From the human T2T-CHM13v2.0 reference genome, Homo sapiens, in contig CP068257.2 in the NCBI GenBank assembly GCA_009914755.4, positions 1,376,001 to 1,440,000 on the forward strand: DNA of 64,000 nt. The letters run 5' to 3'. Under the pieces are notes generated by a model. That model was given only the letters and a program-made list of their open reading frames with translations, had not been told where the DNA came from and did no database searches. Shown piece after piece: positions 1 to 15,164 of this stretch (positions are counted from its first letter, which is position 1; every line of letters starts with the position of its first letter). Made by a program: the position numbers and the translations under genes.

Positions 1-3000
1 TGTATATAAAATATGAAAGTACATTAAATATATATTTTATTCTGTTTATAAAATATCAAAGTACACCAGATATATATTCTATAGTGTACATAAAATAACA
101 AAGTACACAAACTATAAATTATATACTGTACATAAAATATGAAATTACATCAAATATATACTAGGTACATAAAATATGAAAGTACATCAAATATAGATTA
201 TATACTGTACATATAATATCAAAGTGCCCCAAATATGTATTTTATACTCTACATGAAATATCAAAGTTCACAAACCATACATTATATACTGTACATAAAA
301 TATCAAAGTACCCAAGGTATATATTCTACACTGTACAAAAAATATCAAAGTACTCAAAGCATGTATTATATACTGTACATAAAATATGAAAGTACATCAA
401 ATATATATTTTATTCTGTACATAAAATATCAAAGTACACCAGATATATATTCTATAGTGTACATAAAATATCAAAGTACCCAAACTATACATTATATACT
501 GTACATAAAATATGAAATTACATCAAATATATATTAAGTACATAAAATATGAATGTACATCAAATATAGATTATATACTGTACATATAATATCAATGTAC
601 CCCAAATATATATTTTATACTCTACATGAAATATCAAATTTCACAAACCATATATTATATACTGTACATAAATATCAAAGTACCCAAGGTATATATTCTA
701 TACTGTACAAAAAATATCAAAGTACCCAAAGCATGTATTATATACTGTACATAAAATATGAAAGTACATCAAATATATATTTTATTCTGTACATAAAATA
801 TCAAAGTACACCAGATATATATTCTATAGTGTACATAAAATATCAAAGTACTCAAACTATACATTATATACTGTACATAAAATATGAAATTACATCAAAT
901 ATATATTAGGTACATAAAATATGAAAGTACATCAAATATAGATTATATACTGTACATAAAATATCAAAGTACCCCAAATATATATTATATACTCTACATG
1001 AAATATCAAAGTTCACAAACTATATATTATATACTGTAAATAAAATATCAAAGTACCCAAGGTATATATTCTATACTGTACAAAAAATATCAAAGTACCC
1101 AAAGCATGTATTATATACTGTATATAAAATATGAAAGTACATCAAATATATATTTTATTCTGTACTTAAAATATCAAAGTACACCAGATATATATTCTAT
1201 AGTGTAAATAAAATAACAAAGTACACAAACTATAAATTATATACTGTACATAAAATATGAAATTACATCAAATATATATTAGGTACATAAAATATGAAAG
1301 TACATCAAATATAGATTATATACTGTACATAAAATATCAATGTACCCCAAATATATATTTTATACTCTACATGAAATATCAAAGTTCACAAACCATATAT
1401 TATATACTGTACATAAAATATCAAAGTACTCAAGGTATATATTCTATACTGTACAAAAAATATCAAAGTACTCAAAGCATGTATTATATACTGTACATAA
1501 AATATGAAAGTACATCAAATATATATTTTATTCTGTACATAAAATATCAAAGTACACCAGATATATATTCTATAGTGTACATAAAATATCAAAGTACCCA
1601 AACTATACATTATACACTGTACATAAAATATGAAATTACATCAAATATATATTATATTAGGTACATAAAATATGAAAGCACATCAAATATAGATTATATA
1701 CTGTACATTAAATACCAAAGTACCCCAAATATATATTTTATACTGTACATCAAAATCAAAGTTCACAAACTATATATTATATACTGTACATAAAATATCA
1801 AAGTATCCATGGTATATATTCTATACTGTACAAAAAATATCAAAGTACCCAAAGCATGTATTATATACTGTACATAAAATATGAAAGTACATCAAATATA
1901 TATTTTATTCTGTACATAAAATATCAAAGTACACCAGATATATATTCTATAGTGTACATAAAATATCAAAGTACCCAAACTATACATTATATACTGTACA
2001 TAAAATATGAAATTACATCAAATATATATTATATTAGGTACATAAAATATGAAAGTACATCAAATATAGATTATATACTGTACATAAAATATCAAAGTAC
2101 CCCAAATATATATTATATACTCTACATGAAATATCAAAGTTCACAAACTATATATTATATACTGTACATAAAATATCAAAGTACCCAAGGTATATATTCT
2201 ATACTGTACAAAAAATATCAAAGTACCCAAAGCATGTATTATATACTGTATATAAAATATGAAAGTACATTAAATATATATTTTATTCTGTATATAAAAT
2301 ATCAAAGTACACCAGATATATATTCTATAGTGTACATAAAATAACAAAGTACACAAACTATAAATTATATACTGTACATAAAATATGAAATTACATCATA
2401 TATATACTAGGTACATAAAATATGAAAGTACATCAAATATAGATTATATACTGTGCATATAATATCAATGTACCCCAAATATATATTTTATACTCTACAT
2501 GAAATATCAAAATTCACAAACCATACATTATATACTGTACATAAAATATCAAAGTACCCAAGGTATATATTATACACTGTACAAAAAATATCAAAGTACC
2601 CAAAGCATGTATTATATACTGTACATAAAATATGAAAGTACATCAAATATATATTTTATTCTATACATAAAATATCAAAGTACACCAGATATATATTCTA
2701 TAGTGTACATAAAATATCAAAGTACCCAAACTATACATTATATACTGTACATAACATATGAAATTACATCAAATATATATTAAGTACATAAAATATGAAA
2801 GTACATCAAATATAGATTATATACTGTACATAAAATATCAATATACCCCAAATATATATTTTATACTCTACATGAAATATCAAATTTCACAAACCATATA
2901 TTATATACTGTACATAAATATCAAAGTACCCAAGGTATATATTCTATACTGTACAAAAAATATCAAAGTATCCAAAGCATGTATTATATACTGTATATAA

Positions 3001-6000
3001 AATATGAAAGTACATTAAATATATATTTTATTCTGTACATAAAATATCAAAGTACACCAGATATATATTCTATAGTGTACATAAAATAACAAAGTACACA
3101 AACTATAAATTATATACTGTACATAAAATATGAAATTACATCAAATATATATTAGGTACATAAAATATGAAAGTACATCAAATATAGATTATATACTGTA
3201 CATATAATATCAATGTACCCCAAATATGTATTTTATACTCTACATGAAATATCAAAGTTCACAAACCATACATTATATACTGTACATAAAATATCAAAGT
3301 ACCCAGGGTATATATTCTATACTGTACAAAAAATATCAAAGTACCCAAAGCATGTATTATATACTGTACATAAAATATGAAAGTATATCAAATATATATT
3401 TTATTCTGTACATGAAATATCAAAGTACACCAGATATATATTCTATAGTGTACATAAAATATCAAAGTACCCAAACTATACATTATACACTGTACATAAA
3501 ATATGAAATTACATCTAATATATATTAGGTACATTAAATATGAAAGTACATCAAATATAGATTATATACTGTACATAAAATATCAAAGTATCCCAAATAT
3601 ATATTATATACTCTACATGAAATATCAAAGTTCACAAACTATATATTATATACTGTAAATAAAATATCAAAGTACCCAAGGTATATATTCTATACTGTAC
3701 AAAAAATATCAAAGTACCCAAAGCATGTATTATATACTGTACATAAAATATGAAAGTACATCAAATATATATTTTATTCTGTACATAAAATATCAAAGTA
3801 CACCAGATATATATTCTATAGTGTACATAAAATAACAAAGTACACAAACTATAAATTATATACTGTACATAAAATATGAAATTACATCAAATATATATTA
3901 GGTACATAAAATATGAAAGTGCATCAAATATAGATTATATACTGTACATAAAATATCAATGTACCCCAAATATATATTTTATACTCTACATGAAATATCA
4001 AAGTTCACAAAACATATATTATATACTGTACATAAAATATCAAAGTACCCAAGGTATATATTCTATACTGTACAAAAAATATCAAAGTACACAAAGCATG
4101 TATTATATACTGTACATAAAATATGAAAGTACATCAAATATATATTTTATTCTGTACATAAAATATCAAAGTACACCAGATATATATTCTATAGTGTACA
4201 TAAAATATCAAAGTACCCAAACTATACATTATACACTGTACATAAAATATGAAATTACATCAAATATATATTATATTAGGTACATAAAATATGAAAGCAC
4301 ATCAAATATAGATTATATACTGAACATTAAATACCAAAGTACCCCAAATATATATTTTATACTGTACATCAAATATCAAAGTTCACAAACTATATATTAT
4401 ATACTCTACATAAAATATCAAAGTACCCATGGTATATATTCTATACTGTACAAAAAATATCAAAGTACCCAAAGCATGTATTATATACTGTACATAAAAT
4501 ATGAAAGTACATCAAATATATATTTTATTCTGTATATAAAATATCAAAGTACACCAGATATATATTCTATAGTGTACATAAAATATCAAAGTACCCAAAC
4601 TATACATTATATACTGTACATAAAATATGAAATTACATCAAATATATATTATATTAGGTACATAAAATATGAAAGTACATCAAATATAGATTATATACTG
4701 TACATAAAACATCAAAGTACCCCAAATATATATTATATACTCTACATGAAATATCAAAGTTCACAAACTATATATTATATACTGTACATAAAATATCAAA
4801 GTACCCAAGGTATATATTCTATACTGTACAAAAAATATCAAAGTACCCAAAGCATGTATTATACACTGTACATAAAATATGAAAGTACATCAAATATATA
4901 TTTTATTCTGTACATAAAATATCAAAGTATACCAGATATATATTCTATAGTGTACATAAAATAACAAAGTACACAAACTATAAATTATATACTGTACATA
5001 AAATATGCAATTACATCAAATATATTTTAGGTACATAAAATATGAAAGTACATCAAATATAGATTATATACTGTACATATAATATCAATGTACCCCAAAT
5101 ATATATTTTATACTCTACATGAAATATCAAAGTTCACAAACCATACATTATATACTGTACATAAAATATCAAAGTACCCAAGGTATGTATTCTATACTGT
5201 ACAAAAAATATCAAAGTACCCAAACCATGTATTATATACTGTACATAAAATATGAAAGTACATCAAATATATATTTTATTCTGTACATAAAATATCAAAG
5301 TACACCAGATATATATTCTATAGTGTACATAAAATATCAAAGTACCCAAACTTTACATTATACACTGTACATAAAATATGAAATTACATCAAATATATAT
5401 TAGGTACATTAAATATGAAAGTACATCAAATATAGATTATATACTGTACATAAAATATCAAAGTACCCCAAATATATATTATATACTCTACATGAAATGT
5501 CAAAGTTCACAAACTATATATTATATACTGTAAATAAAATATCAAAGTACCCAAGGTATATATTCTATACTGTACAAAAAATATCAAAGTACCCAAAGCA
5601 TGTATTATATACTGTACATAAAATATGAAAGTACATCAAATATATATTTTGTTCTGTACATAAAATATCAAAGTACACCAGATATATATTCTATAGTGTA
5701 CATAAAATAACAAAGTACACAAACTATAAATTATATACTGTACATAAAATATGAAATTACATCAAATATATACTAGGTACATAAAATATGAAAGTGCATC
5801 AAATATAGATTATATACTGTACATAAAATATCAATGTATCCCAAATATATATTTTATACTCTACATGAAATATCAAAGTTCACAAACCATATATTATATA
5901 CTGTACATAAAATATCAAAGTACCCAAGGTATATATTCTATACTATACAAAAAATATCAAAGTACCCAAAGCATGTATTATATACTGTACCTAAAATATG

Positions 6001-9000
6001 AAAGTACATCAAATATATATTTTATTCCGTACATAAAATATCAAAGTACACCAGATATATATTCTACAGTGTACATAAAATATCAAAGTACCCAAACTAT
6101 ACATTATATACTGTAAATAAAATATGAAATTACATCAAATATATATTATATTAGGTACATAAAATATGAAAGTACATCAAATATAGATTATATACTGTAC
6201 ATTAAATACCAAAGTACCCCAAATATATATTTTATACTGTACATGAAATATCAAAGTTCACAAACTATATATTATATACTGTACATAAATTATCAAAGTA
6301 CCCAAGGTATATATTCTATACTGTACAAAAAATATGAAAGTACCCAAAGCATGTATTATATACTGTACATAAAATATGAAAGTACATCAAATATATATTT
6401 TATTCTGTACATAATATATCAAAGTACACCAGATATATATTCTATAGTGTACATAAAATAACAAAGTACACAAACTATAAATTATATACTGTACATAAAA
6501 TATGAAATTACATCAAATATATATTAGGTACATAAAATATGAAAGTACATCAAATATAGATTATATACTGTACATAAAATATCAATGTACCCCAAATATA
6601 TATTTTATACTATACATGAAATATCAAAGTTCACAAACCATATATTGTATACTGTACATAAAATATCAAAGTACCCAAGGTATATGTTCTATACTATACA
6701 AAAAATATCAAAGTACCCAAAGCATGTATTATATACTGTACATAAAATATGAAAGTACATCAAATATATATTTTATTCCGTACATAAAATATCAAAGTAT
6801 AACAGATATATATTCTATAGTGTACATAAAATATCAAAGTACACAAACTATACATTATATACTGTACATAAAATATGAAATTACATCAAATATATATTAT
6901 ATAAGGTACATAAAATATGAAAGTACATCAAATATAGATTATATACTGTACATTAAATACCAAAGAACCCCAAATATATATTATATACTCTACATGAAAT
7001 ATCAAAGTCCACAAACTATATATTATATACTGTACATAAAATATCAAAGTACCCAAGGTATATATTCTATACTGTACAAAAAATATCAAAGTAACCAAAG
7101 CATGTATTATATACTGTATATAAAATATGAAAGTACATCAAATATATATTTTATTCTGTACATAAAATATCAAAGTACACCAGATATCTATTCTATAGTG
7201 TACATAAAATAACAAAGTACAAAAACTATAAATTATATACTGTACAAAAAATATGAAATTACATCAAATATATATTAGGTACATAAAATATGAAAGTACA
7301 TCAAATATAGATTATATACTGTACATAAAATATCAATGTACCCCAAATATATATTTTATACTCGACATGAAATATCAAAGTTCACAAACCATATAATATA
7401 TACTGTACATAAAATATCAAAGTACCCAAGGTATATATTCTATACTGTACAAAAAATATGAAAGTACCCAAAGCATGTATTATATACTGTACATAAAATA
7501 TGAAAGTACATCAAATATATATTTTATTCTGTACATAAAATATCAAAGTAAACCAGATATATATTCTATAGTGTACATAAAATATCAAAGTACCCAAACT
7601 ATACATTATATACTGTACATAAAATATGAAATTACATCAAATATATATTATATTAGGTACATAAAATATGAAAGTACATCAAATATAGATTATATACTGT
7701 ACATAAAATATCAATGTACCCCAAATATATATTTTATACTCTACATGAAATACCAAAGTTCACAAACCATATATTATATACTGTACATAAAATATCAAAG
7801 TACCCAAGGTATATATTCTATACTGTACAAAAAATATCAAAGTACCCAAAGCATGTATTATATACTGTACATAAAATATGAAAGTACATCAAATATATAT
7901 TTTATTCTGTACATAAAATATCAAAATACACCAGATATATATTCTATAGTGTACATAAAATATCAAAGTACCCAAACTTTACATTATATACTGTACATAA
8001 AATATGAAATTACATCAAATATATATTATATTAGGTACATAAAATATGAAAGTACATCAAATATAGATTATATACTGTACATTAAATACCAAAGTACCCC
8101 AAATATATATTTTATACTGTACATGAAATATCAAAGTTCACAAACTATATATTATATACTGTACATAAAATATCAAAGTACCCAAGGTATATATTCTATA
8201 CTGTACAAAAAATATCAAAGTACCCAAAGCATGTATTATATACTGTACCTAAAATATGAAAGTACATCAAATATATATTTTATTCTATACATAAAATATC
8301 AAAGTACACCAGATATATATTCTATAGTGTACATAAAATATCAAAGTACCCAAACTATACATTATATACTGTACATAAAATATGAAATTACATCAAATAT
8401 ATATTATATTAGGTACATAAAATATGAAAGTACATCAAATATAGATTATACACTGTACATAAAATATCAAAGTACCCAAAATATATATTATATACTCTAC
8501 ATGAAATATCAAAGTTCACAAACAGTATATTATATACTGTACATAAAATAAAGTCCCCAAGGTATATATTCTATACTGTAGAAAAAATATCAAAGTACCC
8601 AAAGCATGTATTATATACTGTATATAAAATATGAAAGTACATCAAATATATATTTTATTCTGTACATAATATATCAAAGTACACCAGATATATATTCTAT
8701 AGTGTACATAAAATAACAAAGTACAAAAACTATAAATTATATACTGTACATAAAATATGAAATTACATCAAATATATATTAGGTACATAAAATATGAAAG
8801 TACATCAAATATAGATTATATACTGTACATAAAATTTCAATGTACCCCAAATATATATTTTATACTCTACATGAAATACCAAAGTTCACAAACCATATAT
8901 TATATACTGTACATATAATATCAAAGTACCCAAGGTATATATTCTATACTATACAAAAAATATCAAAGTACCCAAAGCATGTATTATATACTGTACCTAA

Positions 9001-11625
9001 AATATGAAAGTACATCAAATATATATTTTATTCTGTACATAAAATATCAAAGTACACCAGATATATATTCTATAGTGTACACAAAATATCAAAGTACCCA
9101 AACTATACATTATATACAGTACATAAAATATGAAATTACATCAAATATATTTTATATTAGGTACATAAAATATGAAAGTACATCAAATATAGATTATACA
9201 CTGTACATTAAATACCAAAGTACCCCAAATATATATTTTATACTGTACATGAAATATCAAACTTCACAAATTATATATTATATAGTGTACATATAATATC
9301 AAAGTACCCAAGGTATATATTCTATACTGTACAAAAAATAACAAAGTACCAAAAGCATCTATAATATACTGTACATAAAATATGAAAGTACATCAAATAT
9401 ATATTTTATTCTGTACATAAAATATCAAAGTACACCAGTTATATATTCTATAGTGTACATAAAATATCAAAGTACCCAAACTATACATTATATACTGTAA
9501 ATAAAATATGAAATTACATCAAATATATTTTATATTAGGTACATAAAATATGAAAGTACATCAAATATAGATTATATACTGTACATTAAATACCAAAGTA
9601 CCCCAAATATATATTATATACTGCACATGAAATATCAAAGTTCACAACCATATATTATATACTATACATAAAATATCAAAGTACCCAAGGTATATATTCT
9701 ATACTGTACAAAAAATATCAAAGTACCCAAAGCATGTATTATATACTGTACATAAAATATGAAATTACATCAAATATATATTATATTAGGTACATAAAAT
9801 ATGAAAGTACATCAAATATAGATTATATACTGTACATAAAATATCAAAGTACCCCAAATATATATTATATACTGTACATGAAATATCAAAGTTCACAACT
9901 ATATATTACATACTGTACTTAAAATATCAAAGTACCCAATTTATATATTCTATACTGTACAAAAAATATCAAAGTACCCAAAGCATGTATTATATACTGT
10001 ACATAAAATATGAAAGTACATCAAATATATATTTTATTCTGTACATAAAATATCAAAGTACAGAAGGTATATATTCTATAGTGTATATAAAATATCAAAG
10101 TACCCAAAATATACATTATATACTGTACATAAAATATGAAATTACATCAAATATGTATTATATTAGGTACATAAAATATGAAAGTACATGAAATATAGAT
10201 TATATACTGTACATAAAATATCAAAGTACCCCAAATTTATATTATATACTATACATGAAATATCAAAGTTCACAAACTATATATTATATACTGTACATAA
10301 AATATCAAAGTACCCAAGGTATATATTCTATAGTGTACAAAAAATATCAAATTACCCAAAGCATGTATTATATACTGTACATAAAATATAAAATTACATC
10401 AAATAAATATTTTATTCTGTACATAAAATATCAAAGTACACCAGATATATATACTATAGTGTACATAAAATATCAAAGTACCCAAACTATACATTATACA
10501 CTGTACATATAATATGAAATTACATCAAATATATATTAGGTACATAAAATATGAAAGTACATCAAATATAGATTATATACTGTACATATAATATCAATGT
10601 ACCCCAAATATATATTTTATACTCTACATGAAATATCAAAGTTTACAAACCATATATTATATACTGTACATAAAATATCAAAGTACCCAAGGTATATATT
10701 CTATACTATACAAAACATATCAAAGTACCCAAAGCATTTATTATATACTGTACATAAAATATGAAACTACATCAAATATATATTTTATTCTGTACATAAA
10801 ATATCAAAGTACACCAGATATATATTCTATAGTGTACATAAAATATCAAAGTACCCAAACTATACATTATATACTGTACATAAAATATGAAATTACATCA
10901 AATATATTTTATATTAGGTACATAAAATATGAAAGTACATCAAATATAGATTATATACTGTACATTAAATACCAAAGTACCCCAAATATATATTTTATAC
11001 TGTACATGAAATATCAAAGTTCACACACTATATATTATATACTGTACATAAAATATCAAAGTACCCAAGGTATATATTCTATACTGTACAAAAAATATCA
11101 AAGTACCCAAAGCATGTATTATATACTGTACATAAAATATGAAAGTACATCAAATATATATTTTATTCTGTACATAAAATATGAAAGTACACCAGATATA
11201 TATTCTATAGTGTACACAAAATAACAAAGTACACAAACTATAAATTATATACTGTACATAAAATATGAAATTACATCAAATATATATTAGGTACATAAAA
11301 TATGAAAGTACATCACATATAGATTATATACTGAACACATAATATCAATGTACCCCAAATATATATTTTATACTCTACATGAAATATCAAAGTTCAGAAA
11401 CCATACATTATATACTGTACATAAAATATCAAAGTACCCAAGGTATATATTCTATACTGTACAAAAAATATCAAAGTACCCAAGGCATGTATTATATACT
11501 GTACATAAAATATGAAAGTACATCAAATATATATTTTATTCTGTACATAAAATATCAAAGTACACCAGATATATATTCTATAGTGTACATAAAATATCAA
11601 AGTACCCAAACTATACATTATATAC

Positions 11626-11998
11626 TGTACATAAAATATGAAATTACATCAAATATATATTAGGTACATAAAATATGAAAGTACATCAAATATAGATTAT
11701 ATACTGTACATAAAATATCAAAGTACCCCAAATATATATTATATACTCTACATGAAATATCAAAGTTCACAAACTATATATTATATACTGTACATAAAAT
11801 ATCAAAGTACCCAAGGTATATATTCTATACTGTGCGAAAAATATCAAAGTACCCAAAGCATGTATTATATACTGTATATAAAATATGAAAATACATCAAA
11901 TATATATTTTATTCTGTACATAAAATATCAAAGTACACCAGATATATATTCTATAGTGTACATAAAATAACAAAGTACACAAACTATAAATTATATAC
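11626..11998. repeat. Representative canonical higher-order repeat (HOR) unit, 373 bp, with nine monomer types M1 to M9. M1 is 38 bp and ends in ...ATATATTAGG. M2 is 41 bp. M3 to M9 are 42 bp each.
   Basis: M1 (TGTACATAAAATATGAAATTACATC...) starts at 11626 and starts again at 11999. The nine successive monomers differ by about 20 to 30% within the unit. The same monomer type in a neighbouring HOR is nearly identical. Confidence 0.85.
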
Positions 11999-12371
11999 TG
12001 TACATAAAATATGAAATTACATCAAATATATATTAGGTACATAAAATATGAAAGTACATCAAATATAGATTATATACTGTACATATAATATCAATGTACC
12101 CCAAAAATATATTTTATACTCTACATGAAATATCAAAGTTCACAAACCATACATTATATACTGTACATAAAATATCAAAGTACCCAAGGTATATATTCTA
12201 TACTGTACAAAAAATATCAAAGTACCCAAAGCATGTATTATATACTGTACATAAAATATGAAAGTACATCAAATATATATTTTATTCTGTACATAAAATA
12301 TCAAAGTACACCAGATATATATTCTATAGTGTACATAAAGTAACAAAGTACACAAACTATACATTATATAC

Positions 12372-12702
12372 TGTACATAAAATATGAAATTACATCAAAT
12401 ATATATTAGGTACATAAAATATGAAAGTACATCAAATATAGATTATATACTGTACATAAAATATCAATGTACCCCAAATATATATTTTATACTCTACATG
12501 AAATATGAAAGTTCACAAACCATATATTATATACTGTACATAAAATATCAAAGTACCCAATGTATATATTCTATACTATACAAAAAATATCAAAGTACCC
12601 AAAGCATGTATTATATACTGTACATAAAATATGAAAGTACATCAAATATATATCTTATTCTGTACATAAAATATCAAAGTACCCAAACTATACATTATAT
12701 AC
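12372..12702. repeat. Eight-monomer HOR variant, 331 bp. M8 is missing and M7 is followed directly by M9.
   Basis: M7 (...ATATATCTTATTC) ends at 12660 and M9 (TGTACATAAAATATCAAAGTACCCAAACTATACATTATATAC) starts at 12661. The same junction recurs at 28646/28647 and 43276/43277. Confidence 0.8.
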
Positions 12703-13448
12703 TGTACATAAAATATGAAATTACATCAAATATATATTAGGTACATAAAATATGAAAGTACATCAAATATAGATTATATACTGTACATAAAATATCAAAG
12801 TACCCCAAATATATATTATATACTCTACATGAAATATCAAAGTTCACAAACTATATATTATATACTGTACATATAATATGAAAGTACCCAAGGTATATAT
12901 TCTATACTGTACAAAAAATATCAAAGTACCAAAAGCATGTATTATATACTGTATATAAAATATGAAAGTACATTAAATATATATTTTATTCTGTACATAA
13001 AATATCAAAGTACACCAGATATATATTCTATAGTGTACATAAAATAACAAAGTACACAAACTATAAATTATATACTGTACATAAAATATGAAATTACATC
13101 AAATATATATTAGATACATAAAATATGAAAGTACATCAAATATAGATTATATACTGTACATATAATATCAATGTACCCCAAATATATATTTTATACTCTA
13201 CATGAAATATCAAAGTTCACAAACGATACATTATATACTGTACATAAAATATCAAAGTACCCAAGGTATATATTCTATAGTGTACAAAAAATATCAAAGT
13301 ACCCAAAGCATGTATTATATACTGTACATAAAATATGAAAGTACATCAAATATATATTTTATTCTGTACATAAAATATCAAAGTACACCAGATATATATT
13401 CTATAGTGTACATAAAATATCAAAGTACCCAAACTATACATTATATAC

Positions 13449-13699
13449 TGTACATAAAATATGAAATTACATCAAATATATATTATATTAGGTACATAAA
13501 ATATGAAAGTACATCAAATATAGATTATATACTGTACATAAAATATCAAAGTACCCCAAATATATATTATATACTGTACATGAAATATCAAAGTTCACAA
13601 CTATATATTATATACTGTACATAAAATATCAAAGTCCCCAAGGTATATATTCTATACTGTACAAAAAATATCAAAGTACCCAAAGCATGTATTATATAC
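13449..13699. repeat. Six-monomer HOR variant, 251 bp (M1 to M6, then M1 again). M7 to M9 are deleted.
   Basis: M6 (...AAAGCATGTATTATATAC) is immediately followed by M1 (TGTACATAAAATATGAAATTACATC). The same M6|M1 junction is at 9746/9747. It is copied at about 25732, 29685, 30313, 34686 and 44315. ORFs of the type MYYILYIKYEITSNIYYI[R/G]YIKYEST... mark each copy. Confidence 0.8.
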
Positions 13700-15164
13700 T
13701 GTACATAAAATATGAAATTACATCAAATATATATTATATTGGGTACATAAAATATGAAAGTACATCAAATATAGATTATATACTGTACATAAAATATCAA
13801 AGTACCCCAAATATATATTATATACTGTATATGAAATATCAAAGTTCACAACTATATATTACATACTGTACATAAAATATCAAAGTACCCAATTTATATA
13901 TTCTATACTGTACAAAAAATATCAAAGTACGAAAGCATGTATTATATACTGTACATAAAATATGAAACTACATCAAATATATATTTTATTCTGTACATAA
14001 AATATCAAAGTACAGAAGATATATATTCTATAGTGTATATAAAATATCAAAGTACCCAAACTATACATTATATACTGTACATAAAATATGAAATTACATC
14101 AAATATGTATTATATTAGGTACATAAAATATGAAAGTACATGAAATATAGATTATATACTGTACATAAAATATCAAAGTACCCCAAATTTATATTATATA
14201 CTATAGATGAAATATCAAAGTTCACAAACTATATATTATATACTGTACATAAAATATCAAAGTACCCAAGGTATATATTCTATAGTGTCCAAAAAATATC
14301 AAAGTACCCAAAGCATGTATTATATACTGTACATAAAATATAAAATTACATCAAATATATATTTTATTCTGTACATAAAATATCAAAGTACACCAGATAT
14401 ATATACTATAGTGTACATAAAATATCAAAGTACCCAAACTATACATTATACACTGTACATATAATATGAAATTACATCAAATATATATTAGGTACATAAA
14501 ATATGAAAGTACATCAAATATAGATTATATACTGTACATATAATATCAATGTACCCCAAATATATATTTTATACTCTACATGAAATATCAAAGTTCACAA
14601 ACCATATATTATATAATGTACATAAAATATCAAAGTACCCAAGGTATATATTCTATACTGTACAAAACATATCAAAGTACCCAAACCATTTATTATATAC
14701 TGTACATAAAATATGAAACTACATCAAATATATATTTTATTCTGTACATAAAATATCAAAGTACACCAGATATATATTCTATAGTGTACATAAAATATCA
14801 AAGTACCCAAACTATACATTATATACTGTACATAAAATATGAAATTACATCAAATATATTTTATATTAGGTACATAAAATATGAAAGTACATCAAATATA
14901 GATTATATACTGTACATTAAATACCAAAGTACCCCAAATATATATTTCATACTGTACATGAAATATCAAAGTTCACACACGATATATTATATACTGTACA
15001 TAAAATATCAAAGTACCCAAGGTATATATTCTATACTGTACAAAAAATATCAAAGTACCCAAAGCATGTATTATATACTGTACATAAAATATGAAAGTAC
15101 ATCAAATATATATTTTATTCTGTACATAAAATATCAAAGTACACCAGATATATATTCTATAGTG

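Larger units (their letters stand above)
9640..14290. repeat. Segmental duplication, copy 1 (blocks X plus Y). It is a near-identical duplicate of 25630-30280, offset 15986 bp.
   Basis: The track ORFs at 9734, 9985, 10188, 10255, 10628, 11379, 11638, 12125, 12384, 13202, 13687 and 14140 reappear at exactly +15986 with nearly identical peptides (see the partner at 25630-30280). The diagnostic variants KITSNKYF and ILCEKYQ are shared. Confidence 0.85.
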
